A stretch of DNA of 64,000 nt from contig JAUCBJ010008394.1 in the NCBI GenBank assembly GCA_032718475.1, forward strand, positions 1 to 64,000, given 5' to 3'. Origin of the DNA: Nemertoderma westbladi (lineage: Eukaryota > Animalia > Xenacoelomorpha). The translations under genes and the position numbers were made by a program. Positions 12,001-23,240 of the stretch are shown piece by piece. The notes beneath the pieces are model-generated. The model was not told the DNA's origin, ran no database searches, and was given only the letters and a program-made list of their open reading frames with translations. The stretch's first letter is position 1; every line of letters starts with the position of its first letter.

Positions 12001-13487
12001 TCAGTGATGTGAACGACACTGATCAATCTGAGATGGAAGGATTCTATACGGACGAATTCTCCGACCAAAACGAATCCTGTTACTTAATAAACACCACCGC
12101 AGTGTATCGAGCACTCATGTATGAGAAAGACACAGACAGCGACCTCACCCTAACTACTTCAGATCAACAACAATCTTGGAAAGCGCCAACTTCAAATGTA
12201 GGAATCCGAGAATTTCCTGTAGTCCAGTTACGGGTCCACGGACCTCAGAAGAGCTATATAGTGAACGCCCTCCTGGACTCCGGCAGCACAGGAACATTCA
12301 TCGATAAAGAACTAGCCGAAGACATCTTTGCTGGACAACCCAAGTTCCGAACCAAGCTAAACATGTCAGGGATCATGCAGGTTTGGAAATCTGCTGTGGC
12401 TGCCGACTATTATATAGGTGAGTTGTCCACTCCACAGGATAAACTAGGAGAACACAGTATAAGGTCAGTCAAAATGGTGGCAATAAAGAACTTCACTACC
12501 ACCCAAGTGGAACCTTATAATTGGGACGAAGATGATCATGCCCAACAACTTAACATTCCTAGATTCGACACCGATTATCCTGGAGTACAAATATTAATCG
12601 GTCAAAACGCGCATGAGGCGCTGGAGACATTGGAGAAACGACCTGCTCAACCGCAACCACTTCAGACCTATGCGGTAAGAACTAGAGTAGGTTGGTACCT
12701 TACTGGACCTTCCCGAAGAACGCTCAGAGAAAGACTGCTTCAAGATCGCGTCTGCCAGGTGAGTGAATGGGAAGATGATACTAGTGAGGGAGACGACCCG
12801 ACTGAGGGAACACCATACTCCTCAGATAATGACGATATTAGCTCCAATGTAGATCAATGGAGATATTGTCCCAAGAAGTTTAATCCAACTGACATCGCTT
12901 CCAGAGGAGCAACTCCTCAAGAACTGACAGATACTACAGACCGGTTAGGTGAACCCGACTTCCTGAGTAAGGAGGATGAATGGCCTCCCCATCTTACTCC
13001 GACTGAGATTAGACCAGCCAAGGGAGCGGAGAAAGTCAAACCTAAAACCCGGACGGGTGGATCGGAGTTATTTGAACCCGGGATAGATCTGTCGGTATTA
13101 CATATTGCCAGGGACGACGCCGTGGATCTGGACCTCCCCACCGCGAGTGGATCCTTCATGATGATCAGAGAGAGCGATTGGAGCTCTGGAACATCAGACG
13201 TCTCGCAGGGACTCTCACCTCTCCTGCAGGGAGCGACGGACCACCATAGCTCCTGGAATCGGCTTTGTAAGGCCGTCGTGTACCTAGAGCGATGTTTCTA
13301 TCGTCACTATTCCAGGACGAAGAGGAAACCTGGAATTGTATTCGGGATGCAGCGACTCAATCACCCAGTCGGTCGTTTGTGCTTACCGGAAGGGAATGGA
13401 GGACTCTCCGGAAACTGTGGAAGGCAAGATTCTCTTCCCACGACCACCTCCCTAATCCTTCAAACATCTAGGGACTCCATAACGTAA
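9015..13487 (+). CDS. gag-pro: BEL/Pao Gag-protease polyprotein (1490 aa) lacking RT and integrase
   Basis: Ala/Glu-rich coiled-coil repeat. Gag core (KFNGD..KW..F...KLRFL..CLEG). Triple knuckle CVLCDGPHRLNAC/CYNCLRRGHQRRTC/CAKCGAKHHILLH. Aspartic protease ALLDSGSTGTFI. RNase H-end remnant QWRYCPKKFNPTDIASRG and SSWNRL. No YxDD motif or integrase core. Confidence 0.9.
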   Translation: MADTRQTLSDSLLETTACFSDQSVENLRPRSETHHTVRRARWLCQWLLAVVVSEPRLVEAISQFAKLVKRRWSAIGTRAQVKRDQEAAVKQQQHPSQEPSFQRPDSSSSSDTDERTPERGAKMADKVYDERPTYEESTDAIFSQEESEVTAEKPHKRDAIDIYLSDYQRFVGDEELRRRLEGLSPNSEGAQRVLDAIDVDRLAANQAKFNESIRIAKVQEEQVRKKRIEDRKIAAVAEAERKATLAEAAAEAKAAAAEAAAEAKAAAAEAAAEAKAAAAEAKAAAVAEAERRAAEEIAQLELENLQEKQDNFNKQLTASNMQMMSRSTPKRQGYTSSEEGDTTDTEGKGNRSRLSRRKRTSHRQKLPDLPPAVRRQLNNTYLGSTEPTDQIITIERLPTIVDEPEIVRSVPEATLSVVETPVLPEPTSQFPLHSTKLPVPSRTAHETAHALDSERNIHDLSPVVPRPPATTLANPASAVEWVDERRRGMDLLLGQMQETVQQFKGTVRESRLELQEVQQSIALECDKLVNTQRGIPPPPVTMCQPVRSEVSHAQGVEPTHIYTASEVETPIVNPIKGNYRPVDNDIPYRPDHNPRNLYTDNSILNNTMAQESFTRQMARTEARQAVKVGEIVKFNGDEMKWLPFNEYYKDNIQNSVLSNGEKLRFLIECLEGSPKLMALKFIGHPDGLRQVWDTLNIRYGNRNNIARYLYAKLMAPRKFLSSGIIEFSDEIQEICRQLDWLGKSHEYQNSMVVGALASTLPKGGVGTRWDKKVLYMMEQQRRDPTMADLMSFLDGEVKLQLLRQSREKTLENKVSEKPVSRRRVTPVCYTDDGESQTSQGEDSGKDTERSYYVNKTPKDQVSKFKSRTNDRREQVRKTPPTSPKRIQVRKPEERTNVHHTAHVKVSNIKPKCVLCDGPHRLNACDKFLRKSLKDRREVMWDKRLCYNCLRRGHQRRTCYSDARCAKCGAKHHILLHTEFERNSPSQVSDSELHVQFSDVNDTDQSEMEGFYTDEFSDQNESCYLINTTAVYRALMYEKDTDSDLTLTTSDQQQSWKAPTSNVGIREFPVVQLRVHGPQKSYIVNALLDSGSTGTFIDKELAEDIFAGQPKFRTKLNMSGIMQVWKSAVAADYYIGELSTPQDKLGEHSIRSVKMVAIKNFTTTQVEPYNWDEDDHAQQLNIPRFDTDYPGVQILIGQNAHEALETLEKRPAQPQPLQTYAVRTRVGWYLTGPSRRTLRERLLQDRVCQVSEWEDDTSEGDDPTEGTPYSSDNDDISSNVDQWRYCPKKFNPTDIASRGATPQELTDTTDRLGEPDFLSKEDEWPPHLTPTEIRPAKGAEKVKPKTRTGGSELFEPGIDLSVLHIARDDAVDLDLPTASGSFMMIRESDWSSGTSDVSQGLSPLLQGATDHHSSWNRLCKAVVYLERCFYRHYSRTKRKPGIVFGMQRLNHPVGRLCLPEGNGGLSGNCGRQDSLPTTTSLILQTSRDSIT

Positions 13488-15275
13488 CAACATATGGAGT
13501 GGGTGTGTGACTCTATTATTTTATATTATTTTATTATTTTTATATTTCTGTATGTATTACTATGTAATTTTATTATAATCGTTTTATTTAATTTAGTAGA
13601 ATATTATTTAGCGATTATTTAGTAGAATAGTGCAATATATTCGTGTTTATTGCGTACGTAATTACTTATATTATATTTAGTGTGACGGTGCGAAACAAGT
13701 ATTTTTCTCTTTCCTTACTGTCCGTGTTATATTATAAATACGTGACTACAGTAAGATGAAATATCCGTACTTATTAAAGTACAATAAAGCCACTACTATA
13801 TTCAAGTATTATTGGTAGGCAGAGTATTAGGAATGCAAAGTTCAGATCCTCGTGTCTCAGCTAAACCAAGCTCTGGGTAGACCTTGGAAACGACTTGCCT
13901 CTTCACACTGACATTGCTTCGTGCGATATTGCTCTCATACCGTATATTAAATAATACATATAGTAGCGTGATGTCCCTCTAACAGTAGCGTGAAACGCAA
14001 ATAAATCTGTTAAACCTTTTGACCATCTGTAATTCTAGTCGATTAAGATATCGCGGCACCCACCGATATACTTGAAAGACAAATTCTAGAATCAGTGGTT
14101 AACGTCCCCAGACAAGTTCTGGAATAAATCGGTGCCCATCTCAAATATTAATTATTTAATATTTGCAAATCTAATAAATCAAAATCTGTAAAATTCAGAT
14201 CCTTCAACAATTCTAGTCAATTAAGACATCGTAGCATTTACCGATATTCTTAAAAAGACAATTTTCATAGAATTAAGGATCTTGTGTCCCCAGACATGTA
14301 ATAGAATCAAAACATGTCAATTTAATTATCAAATAATAAAATTTCAGGGAATAAATTTAAATTCATGCCTTTTAATGAATTTAATAAATTGCCATTTTTA
14401 CGCAATTTATAACATTCCCAAAATTCCATTAATTAATAGATCAAGGGAGCGGAGATTTATCTTCTTATGCGTATGAGTGTGCGAAAGTCTCCCAAACATA
14501 GTCAATAGCCGATAAAATTCATAAAGCCATGTATAAAACAGGACATTGACCATTAAAGAATTACTATTAAATAACATCCCAGATCTGTATGCATTGGAAT
14601 TACCCTAATTCTACCGCTAGCTTTGCATAATGTCACCATAGCAACAACCACGCTAGAATTAGAATTGAGTTAAAAGAACAATAGAAAGCTTGTCCCATTG
14701 AATAGCATAGGGAATAAATAGCGCACTGCTAGTATCCAAGGATACATGATAATAACGTGACATTCTGGAAGGCACTGACTAACGGACAAGTGACCCGAGT
14801 GTGTGTAATTTGTGGCAAGTTGTGTGTGTGGTTTTTGTGAGTTTATAGGCGAATGTTACTACTAAGGTGTGTTTACAGTAGCGAGTCGCAATTGTGAAAG
14901 TAACCCTAACTCTCCAGTAAGAACCTGAGGTGTATCTAAGCCTTTGGGACGGACAGTCGAGTGACTTGTGCCGGTTGTCGTTGTCTTTGTGCGGCTACGT
15001 CGTTGGCGAAAGTACAGCGGAGACGACACATCGGCGCTGAGGATCTCGCACTGTCCGGGGGCTGATTGGGGTAGGCAGCGACGCCCGCTCGCCTAAATAT
15101 AAACTCATTATAATATGGATAAACTTATATAGCAGATATGATTGAGTTGATAGATGATGATCTTGGTATCAGGGAGCGATATACTCTACCTTTACAAGCG
15201 TTTGTTGATAGCTTGATACGCAGCGACGCTGGTCCAACTACTACGGAGGACGATGGTCGTTATATCTAACCGCCA

Positions 15276-15833
15276 ATGTCCCGGGAGCAACTTGCGCGTG
15301 GGTTAGACTGTAGAAAATTCACCGCTCGCTATACGCATCGTAATGGTACGTATATGGACTTCTTAACTACTGGTCATCCTATCGACCTACACGATACGAA
15401 CGATATAGACACCGAAAGGGAAATGGTTTTATTTAAATATCATACCCAGCGGAGTCGAAACGATAAATCGAGAATAGAACACGAGAACTCTATTCGAAAC
15501 AGACTCGAGAGGGAAGACGTTGAAGAACCTGATAAACATCGCGACTTCAACGACTATCTAGAATTCCTAAGAGAGACCTATCTCAATATTGCCAGTCAAC
15601 AAAACCTCGAAACTCGATATCCTCAAGGTATACATTCAGACCCTATGATGAAACTCAAACGGCTCTATTTTACGATGATGTATCTTACCGCCGATCGACC
15701 GCTACCTGTCGTTCCAGATAGCTTCGAACAGATGGAGGAATATTGTAAAACTGGAGAGCGATCACCCGCGTTTCCCCTTCAAGACGTGCGTCTTTGGTAT
15801 TATTACGATAAATGCCCTAGACCCAGCCAATAA
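15276..15833 (+). CDS. Orphan accessory ORF in the 3' region of the LTR element (possibly starting at 15138, with a premature stop)
   Basis: 185-aa ATG ORF with a protein-like charged composition. An in-frame ATG at 15138 is separated from it by one TAA (15267-15269). TATA-like TAAATATAAA at ~15094. Confidence 0.5.
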   Translation: MSREQLARGLDCRKFTARYTHRNGTYMDFLTTGHPIDLHDTNDIDTEREMVLFKYHTQRSRNDKSRIEHENSIRNRLEREDVEEPDKHRDFNDYLEFLRETYLNIASQQNLETRYPQGIHSDPMMKLKRLYFTMMYLTADRPLPVVPDSFEQMEEYCKTGERSPAFPLQDVRLWYYYDKCPRPSQ

Positions 15834-16739
15834 ACGGAAAGACATAAATAAACATCCACGGAAACGTTGTGTTAAACACAGTTGTGCTCGTTATATTTAC
15901 TGGAGTTTCGAGCGAAACTTGTTTGACGTATCACCTATGCTCACTCGGCTCGAACGATCCTGGAGTAAACCTACGATCAGAGTCCCGGAATACTCGGTCA
16001 AACCTCCTCATTCCTTAGTTGGACCTCAGACCTGCGATCCTGGTGGTGTCGCGGATCCTCGCGGACTGTATTCACTGTTCAAAGATCTAGTGCTACCCTA
16101 ACAATTAATCGGTAACACTCCGACAGTGATTTCTAGCTAGCCGCTCATCTTACCTAGCCGGATTGTGACGCGGACACCTAATATCACTATCCAACCGTAT
16201 GGTCGTCCCCGTTTAACGCGATACAACCCTTCATCAAGGTGAAGGAGAGCGTTGTACGAAACGAGTTAAACGCTATTCTATAAAGATCAAAAAAGAAACC
16301 TGCGTTTGTTCAGATAAACGTAAGTTATAACAGTAAGTCCAATCGATAAACGAATTGGCCTTATCTCAGTTCGATTGGGAAATCTCGAATCTCTAAGAAG
16401 ATATCAAGCTTAGAAAACCCTATTCTCTGCGAGAGTTTTGGACGAACGTATCCCATGACAAGCGGAGGAAAATCAGCTCGAGGAGAAGCATATCGAAATG
16501 GACGAGACACCGACCGTAAACCCAAACCTTCTAATGCAATTGTATTGCACCCTTTACCCAGGAGTTATAGCCTTTCTAGTAAAGTGGCTCGCCCCAAAGA
16601 GAAAAGGACTCTTGCTGGCCTCGGGAAACTGCGTGAACGCCGTCCGCGCAAGAAAAACTAACTGTTTAGAGTATCTTTATGTCTTAGAAACTGTGATTTT
16701 TCTATTTTATAGACTGAAAATCCCATTTTCTGGGAGCGG

Positions 16740-17965
16740 TGTAAAAGCTTTTGCGGAATTGCCCGGTTATTTTTCCTTATTTTTTCCGTAAAATAGTCTG
16801 TAGTTGGTTTAGTAGGCGTAAGAGGCCGTATTATTGCTGTATCGGTGTTTTTTAGAGGACCTAAGAGCTATTTCCTCCGTATGTGTACTTTGGGGGACAT
16901 GGTTGGTGATTCTATGGCAATTCTATGACGCAAAATAGCTAGATCCTCTTGAAACAGTAGTTACTATGACGACGGTTAACAGCTGAGCTGTATACGTGTC
17001 GATTTTCTTTGTTCTACGGTGCCTCTCAGTTCAGTCAACCAATCAGAGCGTTTTTACTGTTCTTGTACAGAAATTTCCTAGAAATCACGCAATGCTTTAT
17101 GGGCAGTGTTATCATTCAGTCCTTAGCCAAGAAAGAACATGCTTTTGGAATATTTGTGCTTTTCTGCTTTTAGCCTAACACTAGTAGGCTTAATTATAAG
17201 GACATATATCCGTTATCACACTGGTCACACTGGGTAACTCAATGGTTAACAACTTACTCAATGCTTGGCTGGTCTTGTCGTGCATACTTTTATAACGTTA
17301 TACTGCTATTTACTGTCGGTTATTCATTATATGGTTGATGAAATATTATATCGGAATACTGATCAATAGTCCGACATCCCAATCTTCTTGATATACTAAA
17401 GGTTAGAGAGACCGGTTACAGATAAACGATTGTGACTTATGTTAAAGTGGTTTGAAGTGAATCTAATGTTATCTGATAGACCCTACATGAGTCGGTCTGT
17501 GTTCCTTTTATATGTGACTAAAATCAGTGAAGATCGGCAGATCAGTGTGCAGTATTGTGCAGCATTGTGTATGAGTGAGACTGATAACGAAGCATTTCCT
17601 AAAGAATGCACCATATATGTGAATTGTAACTAAGCCATATCGTTGCATGTAGTTTAAGTCATAGCTCTGTTTATATAGATAGAGCACCACGTCCAAAAGG
17701 AACTGTTAATATTCCCCGAAGGTGAATAATATTGTCAGAGATTATATAATACTGTCAGTCGAATAATACATTAGGCTTACATAGCAATAAGATTAAGCCG
17801 TCGAAGTCAATCTCCCGGGTATATCCAGCGGGTGAATGATCGCGCACAGATTGGTTTCAACTAGTGTAGTGAATCAAATACTTGTCAGAGGCTAAAAGCG
17901 ATTTATTATCTAGAAGACATCCTAATTTGGCGGGTTAAACTGCCAAAGGTCTGAAAGCGCGAACA
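16740..17965 (+). repeat. 3' LTR (1226 bp), preceded by a short purine tract GGGAGCGG
   Basis: Repeat of 5606-6830, followed by TSD ACCTC. Confidence 0.95.
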
Positions 17966-17970
17966 ACCTC

Positions 17971-19000
17971 ACTCATGAAACATAAGTTTTTGGAGTTCTC
18001 CAACCGAATATGGACCAGTGATAAAACACCAACGGACTGTGGAAAGAGAGTCATTATTACCTTCATCACAAAACCAGGAGACCCAAGGGAACAAGCACTT
18101 GAGGAATATAGTTGTTTAATCTCTTCATGGTATTCACCTTCATCGTTCTCAATTGCATGAAACAGACAGGTAAGGAACAATTCTGAGAAAACCAAGCTGG
18201 TTTCTGATCAGGCAGAGGATGTACGGACAGCATACTTGTCATTCGCCAACTAATCGAACACCATCTCACCTAATATACAATGACTTATCCAAGGCTTACA
18301 AATCTGTTCACCAACCATCAATGTTCGCAATACTTAGAAATTTCGGCTTCCTCAAGAGAAACATCAACATTCTAATAAGTATCTATTAATCATCAAGTAT
18401 CAGGCAAAGGTCAGATTTCATGGCCAGATAATAAAATACTTTTAATAATTCAGGGAATGATGCAAGGTTGTCTATTCAGACCCATATTCTTTGATTTCAT
18501 ATCACAGCTTTAATTCTCAATTTTGTAGACAAGGAACTCATACAATGGGGGGAGTTACCATTCAGATCAGATACTGACTTACTAGAGTACTGCAACATAT
18601 CACAAAAACATCTTCATTACATTTCCCGGGAAGGATGTATAAGTTTGTGTACACATTAACCCAAAGAAATCTGAACTACTGAAAATTTATCGAGATCAAA
18701 ATCTAAAGAACAGGGAACAGTGTGCAACAAACCACTAAAATAAGTTAATGTTATTTCATTCTTAAGTCCTATTACTAATAAAAACAATCCCTACCCGCAG
18801 TCAAACATAGAATCTCAAAGACAACTGGAAATTTTCATGCTCTGCAAGATATGGAAAGACAGAATCATCCATCCATGTTATAAAGGTGCAGGTATTAAAA
18901 CTATGGTAAGAACTATTATCCCGTTCCAGAAGGGCTATATATCATTCCAGAACAACGGACATTGATGAATGTCAACTAGACAACGTTTTATTAGATTAAT
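17971..19000 (+). pseudogene. Decayed LINE reverse-transcriptase relic, the host of the BEL insertion
   Basis: Reads TFITKPGDP and QAGF*SGRGCTDSILVIRQLIE (LINE RT N-terminal motifs). Likely continues upstream of 5601. Confidence 0.65.
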
Positions 19001-20653
19001 GCTTTGGACAGTGTTATTTATATAACCAACAGCGTACTGTGTATAGCATTTCAATTATTTGTGTTCTTGTGTTGCATCATCAATTAATTTTACTGTCAAT
19101 AAATATCTAATCTAATCTATGCCATATGGACTAGAGAAAATATTATTATCTGAGTCAGTAGAGAAGACATCATACTTTACAGACAGATGATTACTGCATC
19201 CCCTTCTCAAGCATCATCTGTATGACTTCTTCTCCACACAATAACTCTACCTACAAGCCAAACTTTATATCCACTTTCAGAGATACTACGAAGGGGAAGG
19301 TTGAGATGGTTCAGGCACATAGTGAGAATGATAGTTAAGTACCTTCCCACATTGCCCTCAATCTGAAAATGCCATCAGGTGAAAGGATGAAAAGTGGGAG
19401 GCCATCTATTACTTTCTGTCAAACTGCTTCTGAGGGACTTCGCGCCACTACTACTACTATTAATTGTCCTGCCCTTAACCCAGAACCAAAGGGGTTTTAT
19501 TCCAATCAATTTAAGTACAATTTCTTCAAATTTGTAATAAGAATTAATTAGTATGCCATTAAAATGGAAATATTTTATGGAAAATTTAAGCAAAAACCAT
19601 TAATTTAAGCTAAAATATTTATTTAATATTCATTGATTATGGTTGGATGCTTGCCCTACCATGCCACAGTACTATGGTATCTAATAGCTGTATCACCATG
19701 CATGCGTGTTCATGACCTACTATAGATACGACCCGCTAAGCTGCTGCAAAGCCCCTAAATTTAGTGGGCCAGTTATTTCTCTCAGATAGAACCCCTGAAA
19801 CAATATGTCTAGCGCGTCAAAAGTACTTGTCCGTAACTAAAATTATATCCTCTTTCAGATGAGACAAATAAAAAGATAATAGCTCCAGTAATTTTCGAGA
19901 TATGAGGCATTCCTGGCACCCATACCATATCAGCAGTTTTCGGAATTGATATGGTATAACTATTAAACTATAGTACTATGCTTTATCGGTTTGTTGATTT
20001 CATTATTAGTAATCGAAAGCAAGATTAGAAGCAAAATTTTCTTTTTTTTATTTATCAATAGATAGTAAAAGAGCACCAAAAGTGCAAGTATCACATTTTT
20101 CAAAAGTGGTAAATTGGCCGTACAATGTCAGAATGTGCTGATTTCATGTTAGTTCATTTAGAGTTCATTTATTCCTCTACATATCTAGATATCGAAGAGT
20201 TGTGTAATATAACAACATACAACAAAATATCGTACCTTGTTGATTACGGCATTTTTGGATACGTGTCAATGTGCGGCACGAAAAATACAAGTAGCAGAAA
20301 TTTCATAATGAAAAATCATTACCAAATCAACCTGGTTTATAAAATTTGGGGTTTTTTGGGATGCTAATCACGAATATGACACTGGAAAATATCGTACCTT
20401 GTTGATTACGGCTTTTTTTGGATACGTGTCAATGTGCGGCACAAAAAATACAAGTAGCACAAATTCCGTTTCAGGTGGCGAAAATTATTTATCTTGTTTT
20501 CATTGCCTTCATTCATAATTTGTTCAATTTGCCCACCATGTAGGAAAAAAGCCTTTATTTTTGCCACTTAATTAGTTATTTATATACCATATAATTATAA
20601 TATACAAGTGATACACTGTACGTATATATATATTTATACTCACAGTATAGAAG

Positions 20654-21964
20654 ATGTCAGATGAAGAGGCTCCCATAACCCCAAGTTCAATGAATAATAG
20701 TCGTTCAAATGAAAATTACCATCGAAAAGGATGGAGACTTTATATATTAGTGGCTATGTTGCTGAGTATCCAAGCAATACCAGGTTGGTGTCATGATCTA
20801 TTAGAGTCGTTCTTCCCAATTGTTGTTGAAGAACGAGGTTGGTCAAAGACTCTGATTGGTGCATTACTTTCAACGTTTTCAATGGTGAGACTGACAATAT
20901 TTATAGCTTGCCCTCATTGTTTTAACAATTGGGGAACTCATATATCTTTGGGCCTATTTGGCGTCATTGGGGCTCTTTCCCAGTTAGCGTTTGGGTTTGT
21001 AGAATATATTCCTAATCATAGCAATGGATTATATATATTTACATGTTTTTCACTGCGCATCATCGAAGCTGTTGGTCTCAATGTCAGTTTTATGTATTCA
21101 TTCAGTTTGTTGATGGAATTGTGCCCCATGCAAAGAACATTAATAGCTAGTCTAACTGTTGTTAGTAGCAACATAGGATACATGCTTGCACCGGGTTTTG
21201 GTTCTACAGTTTTTGCTGCTTTGGGTTTTGAATTCCCATTTATAATATCGGGATTAACGTTTCTCATTATCACCATTTACTGTTGGATAGAATCACCAGC
21301 TTACATTCAAGACAGATGTGAATCTAATGAAGCCAGACCAACCTATCTTGGAGCTCTGAAGAACCCAGAAATTACACTTATATTTATTTTGAATGGATAT
21401 TTTAGGATAGTATCAGCATTTACAGTTGCCAACTATGCTGCCTACATTCATCACACCTACAATGTGAACCAATACAATATTGGTCGGATATATATGATAT
21501 TTCCCAGTATTCAATCCTTCATAGGTATAATAATGAGCTTATTGATGAAGAAAATGAAGACCATCTTTCCTACTGTATTTGGAGTACTTATAATAGCAGT
21601 ATCAATGCAACTAATAGGCCCTACAGAACTTCTGGGTTTACCTCAATATCTCTCAATCTCTATTACTGGATGTGCAATTCTCGGAATCGGTGCAGGATTA
21701 TACATGACCCCTGCATTAGAAACGCAAACACAACTGGCTGTGAATGTCTGTGGTTACCAAGACAACGTTGACACCAGATCTCTCCTCCAACAAATGTTTC
21801 GAATTTCAATGTCAACTGGAATAATTATAGGTCCCGTATTTGGTGGATTTCTCAATGATTATTTTGGAATGCAACCAGCTTGTTCTCTTATAAGTCTGTT
21901 GGGTTTGCCTTTTCTTTTCTCTTTAGTGGCTGTATTGGGTATTAGAAGTCGTCCTTGTGGCTAG
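20654..21964 (+). CDS. MFS transporter, SLC18B1-like (436 aa, intronless CDS)
   Basis: About 12 hydrophobic segments. Motifs FFPIVVEERGWS, LRIIEAVG, GYMLAPGFGS..F..LGFEFPF and IGPVFGGFL resemble SLC18B1-type MFS proteins. Confidence 0.85.
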   Translation: MSDEEAPITPSSMNNSRSNENYHRKGWRLYILVAMLLSIQAIPGWCHDLLESFFPIVVEERGWSKTLIGALLSTFSMVRLTIFIACPHCFNNWGTHISLGLFGVIGALSQLAFGFVEYIPNHSNGLYIFTCFSLRIIEAVGLNVSFMYSFSLLMELCPMQRTLIASLTVVSSNIGYMLAPGFGSTVFAALGFEFPFIISGLTFLIITIYCWIESPAYIQDRCESNEARPTYLGALKNPEITLIFILNGYFRIVSAFTVANYAAYIHHTYNVNQYNIGRIYMIFPSIQSFIGIIMSLLMKKMKTIFPTVFGVLIIAVSMQLIGPTELLGLPQYLSISITGCAILGIGAGLYMTPALETQTQLAVNVCGYQDNVDTRSLLQQMFRISMSTGIIIGPVFGGFLNDYFGMQPACSLISLLGLPFLFSLVAVLGIRSRPCG

Positions 21965-22239
21965 CTGAAGTGTAACCAATTGTGGTTGACTATTTTGTTG
22001 TATTTTGCTGTTTTGATAATACTATCAATTTAATCTGGGAGGGATGGTACATACCCCGCCGAATCTTACTGTATCCAATTAAATTCTATTGTAAAACTGT
22101 TTAACCGGTGTCAGGGTTAGAGTAACATGGCAGCCACTTTAATTTCGCATAAAAAGCCCATCTTTCCATATAATGTTTAATTAATAAGTTATATATAATT
22201 AATTTAACTTGTTGTTCTTGCATATTTTAGTTATTGAAA

Positions 22240-23240
22240 AAATACAATCCTTGCTTAAATATGAACTACAGCATTGGAGGTCATGAATGAATTACATGAT
22301 GATGGATAATACGAATCGATGATGGATATTATTGATAGCACTGATATACAAGTTTCAAGCAACTGGAAGTTGCCAAAAATCGCCTTGGATATAAATAACA
22401 TAATCTGTAATAGAAAAAACAATGGTGTAAGGACTTTCAGCCACTAAAGGTGTTATAGTGTATTTAGATGATATATTGGTGAAACGGACCAATAACTGAG
22501 GGACCGGGTAAATCAGCATAAGAGAGGGTGGGTACATAGTTCTCGAAATTCGGCATTTGGTAGCCATGGCAACTGTATACCCAGTTTCAACAACGTGGAA
22601 ACATTAGCTTTTCAGTCTAACCTGAGGTTGAGGCTACTTTTGGAGTCAGTCTTTATCCGGACTAATGGTCACAGGGAAACTATTATACGCTCTCCCAATG
22701 ATTACTCAATCAATAGGAACTCCGGTAGTCTACTGAATGAATGTTGGCTTCCTGCTATTGCCAACTCAATTCCCAATTAAGCCCCCCCTCCCCCTTTTAT
22801 TGTTTTTGAATTAGTCTTGGAATATAATTTTTACTTCTTTTATATTTCGTAATTTTTCAACTAAAATTTAAACCCTGTTTAACCCCAAATTTAAACCCTG
22901 TTTAACCCCAATTTTGTCGTACAGTATATTATTACTTATACAGTATTACTGTATAATGTAAAATACTGTATATTTGGTATATCCAATTGTCTAATTTTTG
23001 TTGTATACTGTACATTACTGTGCGAATATCGATATATATTTTTGTAAAATTACATATACAGTATATAGCTGTAGAATGTAAAGTAAATTCGATATGTCGT
23101 GTTGTCCACTACATGTACCGGTAGTGTACGTACAACATTAATCAGTACTGCATTGATAAAGATAAACATTGTTTATTGAAACGTCTGCAATACACTATAA
23201 CACCTTTTGTGGCTGAAAGTCCTTACACCATTGTTTTTTC
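22240..23240 (+). mobile_element. Penelope-like element relic (GIY-YIG C-terminus-like segment plus hammerhead relic)
   Basis: Reads RLRLLLESVFIR..NRNSG..L...W at 22595-22780. Hammerhead-like motif at 23149-23189. Confidence 0.5.
23149..23189 (+). ncRNA. Degenerate minimal hammerhead ribozyme
   Basis: TGCA-TTGATAA-A-GATAAAC(ATT)GTTTATT-GAAA-CG-TC-TGCA: stem I TGCA/TGCA, stem II, GAAA and a GUC cleavage triplet. The core is mutated. Confidence 0.5.

Larger units (their letters stand above)
5606..17965 (+). mobile_element. BEL/Pao-type LTR retrotransposon, non-autonomous (Gag-protease only)
   Basis: LTRs at 5606-6830 and 16740-17965 with TG..CA ends and only a few differences. 5-bp TSD ACCTC at 5601-5605 and 17966-17970. 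BEL-type Gag knuckles and protease. Confidence 0.95.

Noticed and set aside
9015-13487. Domesticated host gag gene
   Set aside because: It is flanked by near-identical LTRs and an intact TSD, so it is a recent insertion.
14900-14910. Telomere-like TAACCCTAAC
   Set aside because: Fewer than two units; expected by chance.
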